Source: the human T2T-CHM13v2.0 reference genome, Homo sapiens. Taken from it: a stretch of 64,000 nucleotides of DNA. The position numbers and the translations under genes were made by a program. Numbering within the stretch: the first letter of the stretch is position 1; the number at the start of each line of letters is the position of its first letter. A model generated the notes under the pieces. The model saw only the letters and a program-made list of their open reading frames with translations, had not been told where the DNA came from and made no database searches. Below are positions 13,211 through 26,027 of this stretch, in pieces. Where the stretch lies: the NCBI RefSeq assembly GCF_009914755.1, contig NC_060926.1; one strand, 5' to 3'.

Positions 13211-14966
13211 AGGCAAGGAGAATAAGCTTTGAGAAATGGATCTAAGTGTGGGTTCTAATACACAGTGGGTCCTTGATGTGTGTCATCAAAATTAGTTCCT
13301 ATAAAGCATGAACCAAACTTTCATGGACATAAAAGGTATATATAAATATATCTTATAAATATATATGAATAAAATGAATATTTATTATATATAAATAACA
13401 TATTCACCAACAAATATTTAGTTTTATAACTTTTATTTTAGATCAGTGGTACATGTGAAGGTTTGTTATATTGGTAAACTCATGTCATGGGGGACAAGAG
13501 ATTCTGGTATGTTGTATCTTTGTTCTCATTAGTTTCAAAGAACTTCTTGATTTCTGCCACAATTTCATTATTTACCCTTAACTTATTTAGGAACATGTTG
13601 TGTAATTTTCATGTAATTGATGGTTTTGAGCTATTTTCTTAGTCTTGACTTCTATTTTTATTGTGCTGTGGACTGAGAATGTGCTTAGTATGATTCTGGT
13701 TCTTGTGCATTTGCTGAGGATGGTTTTATGTTCAATTATGTGGTCAGTTTTAGAGTATGTTTCATGTGGTGATGAGAATGTACATTCTGTTGTTTTTGAG
13801 TGGAGAGTTCTGTAGAGGTCTATTACATCCATTTGGTCCAATGTCAACTTCAGGTCCTGAATATCTTTGTCAATTTTCTACCTTGATGATCTGTCTAATA
13901 CTGTATAGAGGAGTGTTGAAGTCTCTATTACTATATGGGAATCTATGTCTCTTTGTAGACATAGTTCTCTAAGAACTTGCTTTATGAGTCTGGGTGCTCC
14001 CGCATTGGGTATATATATATTTAAGATAGTTAGGTCTTCTTGTTGAATTAAATCCTTTACCAATATGTAATGCCCTTATTTGTCTTTTTAAATCTTTGTT
14101 GGTTTAAAGTCAGTTTTGTCTGAAATTAAGATTACAACCCCTACTTTTTTCTGTTTTCTATTTGCTTGGTAGATTTTACTCCATCTCTATTTTGAGCCTA
14201 TGGGTGTCATTATGTATGAAATGGGTCTCTAGAAGACAGCATACCATTGGGTCTTGCTTTTTTATCCAACTTAACATTCTGTGCCTTTTAAGTGGGGCAT
14301 TTAGTCCCATTTAAATTGAATGTAAATTTTACATTCAAGGTTAGTATTGATATGTGTAGAGTTGATTCTGTCATTGTGTTGTTAACTGGTTATTAGGCTG
14401 GCTTGTTTGTGTGGTTGGCTGATAGTGTCACTGGTCTGTGTATTTGTTTTTGTATCAACTGGTAGCGATCTTTCCTTTCTGTATTTAGTGCTCCTCTCAA
14501 GGTCTTTTATAAAGCAGGTCTGTTGGTAACAAACTCCTGCAACATTTGCTTAACTGAAAATAATCTTCTTTTTCCTTTTCTTAGGAAGTTTAGTTTGGCT
14601 GGATATGAAATTCTTGGTTGAAGATTTTGTTTTTCTTTAAGAATGTTGAATATAGGCCCCCAATCTCTTTTGGCTGGTAGGGTTTCAGCAGAAAGGTCCA
14701 CTCTTAGCCTGATGGGGTTCACTTTGTAGGTTACCTACCCTTTCTCTCTAGCTGCTTTTAACTTTCTTTTTTTCATTTTGACCTTGGAAAATCGGATAAT
14801 TATGTGATTATGTGTCATGGGGATTATCTTTTTTTTTTTCTTTTTGTAGAATCTTGCAGGAGTTCTCTGTATTTCCTGAATTTGGCTGTTGGCCTCTCTA
14901 GCAAGGTTGGGGAAATTTCATGGGCAATATCCTGAAATATATTTTCCAAGTTGTTTGCTTTCTCCC

Positions 14967-15320
14967 CGATATGGTTTGGCTGTGTCCCCACCCAAATCTC
15001 ACCTTGAACTGTAATAATCTCCATGTGTCAAGGGCAGGGTCAGGTAAAGATAAATGAATTATAGGGCAGTTTCCCCCATACTGTTCTCATGGGAGTGAAT
15101 AAATTTCATGAGATCTGAAGGTTTTATAATGAGAGTTTTCCGGCACAAGCTACTGCCTGACGCCATGTAAGACATGAGTTTGCTCCTCGTTCACCTTCCA
15201 GCATGATTGTGAGGCTTCTGGAGCCATGTGGAACTGTAGTGAATTAAACTTCTTTCCTTTATAAATTATCAAATGTCAGGTATGTCTTTATTAGCAGTGT
15301 GAGAATAGACTAACAATACA
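14967..15320 (+). mobile_element. THE1 solo LTR (THE1C-like)
   Basis: GATATGGTTTGGCTGTGTCCCCACCCAAATCTC...AATACA; TSD CTCCC/TTCCC. Confidence 0.9.
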
Positions 15321-17068
15321 TTCCCCTTCCTTTTCAGGAATACCAATGATTTGAAGATTTGCCCTCTTTACAGAAACCCTACTTCTCAGAAGTTTTGGGT
15401 TTTTATTTGGGCTTTTATTCTTTTTATTCTTTATTTTTGTGTGACTGGCTTATTTAAGAGATCCAGTATTCAAGTTCTGAGAGTCTTTCCCCCGCTTGGT
15501 CTATTCTGCTGTTAATACTTGTGATTGCATTGTGAAAATCTCCTGTTGTGTTTTTCAGCTCTGTGAGACCTGCTAGGTTCTTTTTTATACCAGCTATTTC
15601 ACCCTTCAATTCCTGCATTATCTCATTGTGATTCTTAGTTTCCTTAGATTGGATTTTGCTGTTCTCCTGAATCTCAATGATTTTCATTCCTATTCTTATT
15701 CTGAATTCTATTTCTGTCATTTTAGCCAGCTCAGCCTGGGTAAGAACTCTTGTCAAAGAACTGTTGCAGTGGTTTGGAGTGCTTATAACACTCTTGCCAT
15801 TTGAGTTACCAGAGTTCTTGCATTTTGTTCTCTTCTTTTTGTGTGGTTGTTCCTGAAACTACAGTGTAGATTGAGTTTAGTCAATAGACTTGTTTTCTGG
15901 ATGTTTCCACAGGGATGAAGCTTTGTGCAAGGTCTTTATTTGAAGTTGACTTCTTGTCTTTTGTGTCAAAGTAGAGTATATTAGTGAGATATTTTTGGTG
16001 TTAAAACTCTGGGGAATGTGATCCTGTAGGTGGCACTTAGGCATATTGGTCTGTTGGTAGACTCTTGCTTGATTGTGTGGCTCCCCTATGTTACCTCATA
16101 GTTGCAGCTGTGTTCCCTCTCAATGTTCTGAAAGTGCAAGTTCCTTTCCCCCTTGAGCAATGGCAGTAGATGCAGATACTCAACTCCTTGGCTGCCCACT
16201 GCAACTCTGGTGTAATCTCAGGGTTACTGTTCCTTACCCAACTTGGAGGCAGCAGAGGAAGGGACCTTCATAGTGGTTGTGGCCAAGGGTCTTTTGCTTA
16301 TCTTCTGGGGGCTCCACCCCAGAGAGATGCAGGTCAAATCGCTCAGTGCAATCAACCCAGGATGGAGGGTCTATGCTGTGGGTCAAAGCTAGGGGTTCCT
16401 GTCTGCTGACAAAAGTCAGGGATGGAACAGGGGATGGACTGGCCTTTTCTCCTTGGGTTGACTGCAGGTTGTTGGAAGTGTAAATAAACACTTAGGGTCT
16501 CTGACCCTTCATTAGTCTGGGGCTAGAAAGGACAGTTCCACTGAAGAGGTAGTGGCAAAGAGGCTTTCAGTTGGCCCTAGAGGCTCTGTCCAGGGAGTTG
16601 CAGAGCTGCCACTGGCTTGATAGCTCTGGCAAGAGAATGACTGGGGGCCCAGGCCTGGAGGAACTGCCTAGTGAGTAGATATGGGAACAGGCCCCCACAT
16701 AACAGTCTGGCCACTTTTCACAGGGCTATTACAATATGCTGGGGGTCCACTTCAGTCCTTATTCACCATGGATTTTCCAGTACCTGAAGGTATCAAAAGT
16801 GAAGGCTGCAAAACAGGAAAGACAGCAGCCTGCCCCTGCTTTGGGGGCTTTGTCCTAGGGTGGTACAGACCTGTTGCCTGCCTGAATACACCTGTAAGAG
16901 GTGGCTGGAGACCCCACTTGGGAGTTTCTACCCAGTGAAGAGGAATGGGATTGGGGACCCACTTTAAAAAGCAGCCTGTTACATTTTCATAGGACATCTG
17001 TGCTGTGCTGGAAAACCACTTCAGTCCCCAGTTGGTTTGGGCTCCCCAAAGCCTAAAGGCTGGCACAG

Positions 17069-19564
17069 TGCATTAGTCAATTCTCATAGTTCAACATTGT
17101 TGGTGAGGGCCCAGGAAACTTAACAATCATGGCAGAAAGGAAAGCAAACAAGTCCTTTTTCACAGGGCAGCAGGAAGGAGAAGAATGAGAGCCAAGAGAA
17201 TGGTGAAGCCCCTAATAAAACCATCAGATCTCGTGAGAACTTACTATCACAAGAATAGCATGTGGGAAACCACCTCCTTGATTAATGACCTCCCTCTGGG
17301 TTCCTCCCAAAACACATGGGGATTATGGGAACTACAATTCAGGATGAGATTTGGGTGGGGACACAGTCAAAGCATATCATTCCTTCCCTGGCCCCTCCCA
17401 AATCTCATATCCTCATATTTTAAAACATAGTCATGCTCTTCCAACAGTTCCCCAAAGTCTTAACCCATTCCAGCATTCACTGAAAAGTCTAAATTCAAAA
17501 TCTCATCTCATACAAGGCAAGTACCTTTTGCCTATGAGCTTGTAAAATCAAAAGCAAGTTAGTTACTTCCTTGATACAATGGGGGTACAGACATTGGGTA
17601 AATACAACTGTTACAGATGGGAGAAATTGGCCAAAACAAAGGGGCTCCAGGCTCCACACAAATCCGAAATCCAATAGGGTGGTCATTAAACCTTAAAGTT
17701 CCAAAATGATCTCCTTTGACTCCATGTCTCATATCCCAGTGATGCTGATGCAAGAGGTGGGCTCCCATGGCCTTGGGCAGCTCCACCTCTGTGGCTTTGC
17801 AGGGTACAGTCCTCCTCTCAGCTGCTTTCATGGGCTCCTACAATTGAGTATCTGCATCTTTTCCAGGTGCATGGTACAAGCTGTTGGTAGAGCTACCATT
17901 CTGGGGTCTGGAGGATGGTGGCCTCCTTCTCATAGCTCCACTAGGCAGTGCCCTAGTGGGGACTCTCTGTGGGGGCTCCAACCCCACATTTCTCTTCTGC
18001 ACTGCCCTAGCACAGGTTCTCCATGAGGGTTTCACCCCTGCAGCAAGCTTCTACCTGGACATCCAGGCATTTCCATACATTCTCTGAAATCTAGGCAGAG
18101 GTTCCCAAACCTCAGTTCTTGACTTCTGTCCACTTGCAGGCCCAACACCATGTGTAAGCTGTCAAGGCTTGGGCTTGCACCCCCTGAAGCAGCAGCCTGA
18201 GCTGTATGTTGAACTGTTTTACCCACATCTGGAGCTGAAGCATCTGGGATGCAGGTTACTATGTCCCAAGGCTACACAGACCAGGGGGGCACTAGGCCAG
18301 ACCCATGAAACCATTTTTCCCTCCTAGGCCTCTGGGCCTGTGTTAGGAGGGGCTACTGTGAAGGTCTCTGACATGACCTGGAAACATTTTCCCCACTGAC
18401 TTGGTGAGTAACATTCGGCTCCTCATTACTTATGCAAATTTCTGCAGCCAGATTAAATTTCTCCCCAGAAAATGGGTTTTTATGCTGGGTATGGTAGCTT
18501 ATGCTTGTTATCCCAGCACTTTGGGAGGCTGAGGTGGGCAGATCACCTGAGGTCAGGAGTTTGAGGCCAACCTGGCCAACATGGTGAAACCCCATCTCTA
18601 TTAAAATACAAAAATTAGCTGAGTTTGGTGGCATATACCTGCAATCCCAGCCACTTGGGAGGCTGAGGCACAAGAATCACTTTAACCCAGGAGGCAGAGG
18701 TTCCAATGAGCCAAGATCATGCCATGGCACTTCAGCCTGGGTGACAGAGCGAGACTCTGTCTCAAAAAATAAAAAAAATAGAGAGAAAAAGAAAATGGAT
18801 TTTTCTTTTCCACCTCATGTCAGGCTACAAATTTTCTAAACTTTTATGCTCTGCTTCTTCTTGAATGCTTTTGACTTAGAAATTTCTTCCAGTAGATATC
18901 CTAAATTAGCTCTCTTAAGTTCAAAGTTCCACAGATCTCTAGGACAGGGGCAAAATGTCACCAGTCTCTTTGCTAAAGCATAGCAAGAGTCACCTTTGCT
19001 CCAGTTTTCAAGAAGTTCCTCATTGCCATCTGACACCACCTCAGCCTGAACTTCATTGCCCATATCACTATCAGCATTTTGGTCAAAACCATTAAACAAA
19101 TCTCTAGTAAGTTCAAAACTTTCCCACATTTTTCTGTCTTCTTCTGAGACCTCCAATCTCTTCCAACCTCTGCCTCTTACACAGTTCCAAAGTTGCTTCC
19201 ACATTTCTGTGTATCTTTATAGCAGCACCCCACTCTCTGCAGTACCAATTAGCTGTATTAATCCATTCTCACAGTTTAGCATGGCTGGGGAGGCCTCAGG
19301 AAACTTACAATCATGGCAGAAGGAAAAGCAAACATGTTCTTCTTCACAGGGTGGCAAGAAGGAGAAGAATGGGAACAGCATGAAGGGGAAAGTCCCTTAT
19401 AAAACCATCAGATCTCATGAGAACTTACTATTACAAGAATAGCATGGGGGAATCCACCCCCATGATTCAATTACCTCTCACCAGGTCTCTTCCATGACAT
19501 GTGGGAATTATGGGAACTACAATTCAAGGTGAGATTTGGGTTGGGACACAGCCAAACCATATCA
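17069..19564 (-). mobile_element. Complete THE1 MaLR element (LTRs 17069-17379 and 19255-19564)
   Basis: Two LTRs, MaLR-int ORF remnants (MWESFEL..FDQNADSDM..), TSD CACAG/AACAG. Confidence 0.92.
18483..18789 (+). mobile_element. AluS inside THE1-int
   Basis: Full Alu; TSD AGAAAATGGRTTTT. Confidence 0.93.
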
Positions 19565-19892
19565 AACAGCTAAGTCAGCCAAACAGCAAACATGGCGGCC
19601 CACCTCTCTCCCTGGGAGTTCCATCTTAGGGTGGTGCAATGCTGCTATCAGTGGCTGGCTGGAGTGCAAAGCCAATGGGTCTTATCCTGCAAGGCACCAT
19701 GGAAGCAGGGCCTGCAGACAGTGGCTGCTCAACCCCCTGGATTCAGCCCCTTTCATAGGGGTATATATGGGGATCTAACCTTCCACTTTGCTAGAGTTGC
19801 AGCTGCTTTTCTAAGAAAGACCAAGAAGCCTGGGTATCTAAGGCTCCTGGGTCTCATGTCTGCCTGAATGACTGCTCTGCCAACACTCCATC

Positions 19893-19960
19893 TTGCTCTC
19901 TGTGTTAGACTGTGTTGCTCTTTGTGTTAGACTGTGTTGCTCTTTGTGTTAGACTGTGTT
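19893..19960. repeat. 22-bp tandem repeat, about 3 copies
   Basis: TTGCTCTTTGTGTTAGACTGTG repeated within the L1 5'UTR. Confidence 0.9.
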
Positions 19961-20593
19961 AGGCCCCAGTGGAGTGGGATCATGAGGGGATCTTCTGATC
20001 TGAGGTTTGCAAAGATCTATGGGAGAAGCATGGGTTCCCAGGGCTGCACATTCACTCACCATTTCCCTGGGTGGGGGAGGTTGCCCTGGCTCTGTGTTTC
20101 TATCCAGGCGGGCTGTCATGCAATCTTGCATTTCTCCATTCTTTATGGGTCACGTTTTTTCCTCGATTGTTCCCAGTGCATGTATCTGGATGTTTCAGTT
20201 GAAGGTGTGTATTTACTCACGCCTTCTGATCCTCTCCATGACAGCAGCATGCACTAGCTGCTTATAGTTGGCTATCTAGGCCACACCTCCACCAAGTGAT
20301 GTATTAGTGATTATCTTTGTGGGAGAAAAATGGAAAATCAATTGCGGATAGTTATTGAAGAGATTTTTTTCACAGAACTAAATTCAATTTCTGTGTTCTA
20401 TGAGAGTGTTTCTGAAGTGTTCAATTCAGTCAAATCTTATAGAGAATTTATTACCTTTGGTATCTACTGTCTACATTGTCTAGTTAATCACAGAACTCCT
20501 TTTCAATGTCTTTCAGTGGTTTGCCTTGGGTAGCTCTGGATAATTAGTAATCTCTCCTTAGATAATGTATTTTCTTCAGCTGCATAGTGAAAT

Positions 20594-21145
20594 CAGGGCT
20601 TGACAAAGTACTGCTGCAAGGTCAAGTTGGGGCAATCATCTAATTTGGTATACATCTTCACTGAAACATAAGCCATACTCATAGATACTTCTTATCTATG
20701 GCTGATTATATTTACAGCCATGTATAGTTGCAACAGAGACTATATGGCTCCTAATACCTAAAATATTTACTCTCTGGTTATATTAGCCAGTTCTCACACT
20801 GCTAATTTATAAAGGAAAAAAGTTTAATTGACTCATGGTTCTGCATTGCTAGGGAGGCCTCAGGAAACTTACAATCATGGCAGAAGAAACCTTTCCACAG
20901 GGCAGCAGGAGAGAGAGGTGCTGAGCTAAAAGGGGAAAAGCCCCTTATAAAATCATCGCATCTCATGAGAATTCACTCACTATCATGAGAACAGCATGAG
21001 GGTGACTGCCCCCATGATTTAATTATCTGCACGCAGTCCCACCCTTGACATGTGAGTATTATTACAATTTAAGGTGAGATTTGGGTGGGGACACAGAGCC
21101 AAACCTTATCCCTGCTCCTTCATGAAAAATGTTTGCCAAACCCTA
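20594..21145 (+). mobile_element. MER58A (hAT-Charlie) split by an LTR
   Basis: CAGGGCTTGACAAA..GTTGCAACAGAGACTATATGGC..CCTAAAATATTTACT..GTTTGCCAAACCCT. Confidence 0.75.
20779..21111 (-). mobile_element. THE1/MST solo LTR
   Basis: TATTAG..GAGGCCTCAGGAAACTTACAATCATGG..GGGACACAGAGCCAAACC; TSD CTGGT/CTGCT. Confidence 0.88.
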
Positions 21146-22209
21146 GCCTAGAAAACGAACTCATGTTTTGCATACTTGAAATTTCATCTATCTTTGTATT
21201 TGTTGTTAGCCCAGTGAACATATTCGAGATAGAACCCCTTGTCCACAATGTAGCAGTATGCAACAATGAAATTATGTCTTAGGCTGAATTCTACCACTCA
21301 TAATCATTTACTAGTGAAAAGGCATTAAATGATTTCTTATACATTTGCTAAATTTCCAGCTCTACTTTGAAGTGTGTCAGCCTGTTGGAATTGAGATATT
21401 TGCTTTTTTGTGCCTCTGTATTTCTAGAAAATCGTCATATTTAAACATTTTTAATTTCCACCAGTAAAATCATTTCTAACATCCTATGCCAACTAACCAA
21501 CTATCTTTTTCATTTAGTTAGCTATAGTTGGTGTTTGTTATGGTTGTCCCTTTACTCCCAACTGTGCCCTTTCCATGCAATATGTATGACAGCCTTCTCT
21601 AACTTCTCGCTGTGTTCCATACTTTTTTTTCAGTTATACATATTTGGATGTTTCAGATTGTTCTGTCCAAAATTTTAATTTTGTTTATTTTTTGGGATAA
21701 GCTACCAATATGGATTATCTATTATGTGTCTATATGTGTGTATCTCTACTATGCCTGTGTGTATATTTTCAAATGGCCACCTTAACAGAGGTAGTTAAAA
21801 TTCCTATATTAAAGCACTTATTTTGAACCATAATGATCCTATATAGATGGCACAAATATATATACACAATTTAATATTTCACAAGACATTCATAAAATAT
21901 TTTAGAAATATTTTGGTGATACTTAAATTTTTACATATACGTGTTAAGAAATACTAAAATTTATTTAGCTCTATATAATGTTTATATTAAATATAACCAT
22001 TATTTAAAGTGCCTGTGTGATTTTCTTGATTTCTTAAGCAAACATTGAGTATATACAATTTAAAATTTGCTTGATTCAAAAGTAATATAAAATGTATTGA
22101 GTAATTTATATAAAGAGAAGTGCTGGCATAATGGTGAATGGTGATAGGATAAAATATAAACGAAAAAGTTTATATTTTAACTGTTTTGCTTTCTAATAAA
22201 ATATGAATG

Positions 22210-22529
<320 letters not shown>

Positions 22530-23003
22530 GAAAAATAATATTAAATGGTAGTTATTTGTCAAATCTTGTGTACCATTGATGATAATCTCCAGGAAGAGTG
22601 ACCCTAATGAGCTTTATACACAATATTTAAGGGAATAAAGAGAAGAACAGCACATGATTTTTTTAATGTTTTATAAAAGAAAGTATTCACCATAACTTTC
22701 ACTAGAAAGAATTGTTTCTTCCTCTCCTAAAGGGAAAGTTACTGAAAATAATAAGTAGTTCAATTGTCTCTTTGAGACACATTGTAAGTTGCTGTTTATG
22801 ATTTTTTAATTATCATTAGTTGAAACTGTCTCAACAGCTGTCTTCACAGATTTGGCTATTGCAAAGGCAATGATTCATGCCCAATCATGAAGCTCAAGCA
22901 CAGTTCATTTACTACCTAAAATATATCTTTGCCAAATAGAGGCTGATGTATTGAGCTAATTGTCAGGATAATAACAATCAAATGAAAAGTGAGTGAAGAA
23001 TGA

Positions 23004-23339
<336 letters not shown>

Positions 23340-25494
23340 TGCTTAGCTTTTAAAATTAGATTATTCTTCTCTTATAGTGAAACCTCTTCCTTGTCTTTAC
23401 CTCACAGAAAATTGTCTTCTCCAGGACTACCATAAAACAAAACCTAATATGTTATCAATTACAAGCTTTCTTTTTTTTTTTTGCTGTCATGTATTGGCTA
23501 CAAAAATAAGCCTTAATTCCATGTCAGTACAGAGTTATACAGGCTTTAGAATATTAAAGATTCTGGGCAGGAATTAAAGTATTATGTCAGTAATGCATTT
23601 TACTCATCTTAGTTTTCATGTTTATGCCAATGTTAGAAGCTGAAAAGAAAAATATATATAGTTTATTTTAGCAACAAAATTATATTAATTACTTGCTATT
23701 TAAAATATGAATATAAGTCATTTTAGCTGCATGCTTCCCATAACTATATGCAGCAATCTTGTGGATTCACTTTGTGAATATGAGCAGCGTTACAAATCGG
23801 TATGACGTACTCTGAAGTTTCATCCAACAGAGTAGCTTACTTCTAATTAAATTATAAGCTCCTTATTTATACTTCTTGTTACCCCATATTGCATTTTAGG
23901 TAATTAATCAATTAACATAGTGTTTCTTCTATTTCAAATATATCATTAGTTATTTTTTACCGAGTTTTGGAAGCACTATTAAAGTAAAACCATAGAATTA
24001 AACCTGACTTCACATCTAAATAAACTGAGTCATGTTAGATGAATTTAATTAAATAACTATGAATGATCTAAGTCCTACAGGGAAAGATAAGATAAATAAA
24101 CCCTGTTTTTTGTAATTTTTTGACTAATTGAAGAGAATAGAAATGTACCAAAATTACCTAAGAAATTACAGATGAAGTGTATAATCTGGTGTTAAATGAA
24201 CAAAGCTATTTAGCAGCACTGATCTCCAACTATTCCTTGTAAAGAATACATCTCTGCTGAGAAGGAAAGCATTTTCTACATAAAGATTGTAATTTTCAAT
24301 TAGTGCTTCTCCCCAGGACTTTCAGAGGCAGCTTGGAGGTTGTATTATAAACATGTTTCCTCTATCTAATCATTAAAAGCAAACTAATAGGCAATCCACC
24401 CCCAACACACTTAAACACATACCCCATCCCCACATGTATGTGCGCAGCAAAGATGGAAAGTGAATCACGTGGGCATAAAGAAGAATTAGTTTTCTATAGG
24501 TGTAGCCTAACAACTGGGCCAGCTCCAAGCAGGTTCAATGGAATAGAAATAGAGAGGCTTATAAATATGTCCCTGTGTTATGTGTCCACTTCTACCTAGG
24601 TTTTTGATATATTCTCCTACGCTTTTAGCATATTCTCCTTTAGACCCTCTAGAGGATTTGTGTTTGTTTCTAAAATGATTAGAAATAACTGATTATCACA
24701 TCCTTCAAGAATTCCTTCTTCTGTTTCAGTTATTTTATAATCTGTCTTTTCATAATATGATGTTTTCTCTCTAAGAACTTCTGCTTCTAGTTATTAAGCT
24801 AACGGATATGCATACAACATCTATTTTTTGGAAATATTTTATGTTAGAGGCAGCAAAGGTTTATGTAATACCTACTATATACCAGGGGATACACAAGAAA
24901 TGAAGATTTGAAGCTTGTAAATTACAGAGGAGAAACGAAATAAAAATAATAGAAAGCATTTGTGTGTAATAACTCATCAGTTGAGTACAAGGGATGCACT
25001 CAAATTATTAAATGAGCACCTGATATCTGGCAGGGATAGGATCAGATAGAAGAAATAGAGCTGAAGTTGATTCTGAAAGATAAGCTGTTTATTAGGAGAC
25101 TAGAGGTGTTGGCCACTACAAGTAGAGAAAAACAGTTTAATATGAATGAAAAAACATAAATTGAGGGTATGGCAGGAAATGAGATTTCATATCACATTAT
25201 GTAGTCAGCTCTTTAAATTTCAGCTAATGGAATATCTTGTAAATGAGAGTGACATGATAGATTTTTATTTTACTAAGATAAGTCTCGCCCTCTAAAAGCT
25301 GGGTGGCCGATGAAAAAGTTCAGGGCACGTATAGCATCAATGAACATTTGAGTTTGACAGCATCATCAGGTTCAAACAAGTCAACCTGGTCCAGGTAGAT
25401 CGAACAAAAAACTGGGAAACATAGCTTTACTTTGATACTAAGTGGGAAAATTATACAATGTGCATTCTGTTGCCATTGGGTGGTATGTATTTTA

Positions 25495-26027
25495 TGGTAT
25501 ATATACCGTATACGTGTGTGTATATATATGTTATGTGTATACCATATATATATGGCATATATATATGTTTTGTGTATACCATATATATATGGCATATATA
25601 TATGTTATGTGTATACCATATATATGGCATATATATGTTATGTGTATACCATATATATGGCATATATATATGTTATGTGTATACCATATATATATGGCAT
25701 ATATATATGTTATGTGTATACCATATATATGGCATATATATATATGTTATGTGTATACCATATATATGGCATATATATGCATGGTGTGTGTGTGTGTGTA
25801 TATATATATGTGTGTGTGTATACATATATATGGTGTGTGTATATATATGTGTGTGTATATATGGTATCTGTGTATATACATGTATTCTGTTGTCATTGGA
25901 TGGTATGTTATCTATATCTATATATATATATATATAAACCTGTTATATATATAAAACATATATATATAAACCTATGTTATATATGTAAAACATATATATA
26001 TATAAAACCAATGTTACATATATATAT
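25495..26027. repeat. AT-rich minisatellite/low-complexity array
   Basis: About 7 units of TATATATGTTATGTGTATACCATATATATGGCA, then (TG/TA)n, then about 3 units of AAAACATATATATATAAACCTATGTTATAT. Confidence 0.93.

Larger units (their letters stand above)
13422..20291 (-). mobile_element. Old L1PA (L1PA13-16-like) with 5'UTR, ORF1, EN domain and extreme 3' end; most of ORF2 missing; hosts THE1 insertions
   Basis: 5' end GGAGGTGTGGCCTAGATAGCCAAC at ~20291; ORF1 remnants 15454..15756 and 14507..14722; EN remnants 13587..14063; 3' terminus 13422-13493. Confidence 0.8.

Noticed and set aside
25495-25780. Repeat array of ~35-bp units suggestive of CRISPR
   Set aside because: Head-to-tail units with no unique spacers, no cas genes, mammalian context
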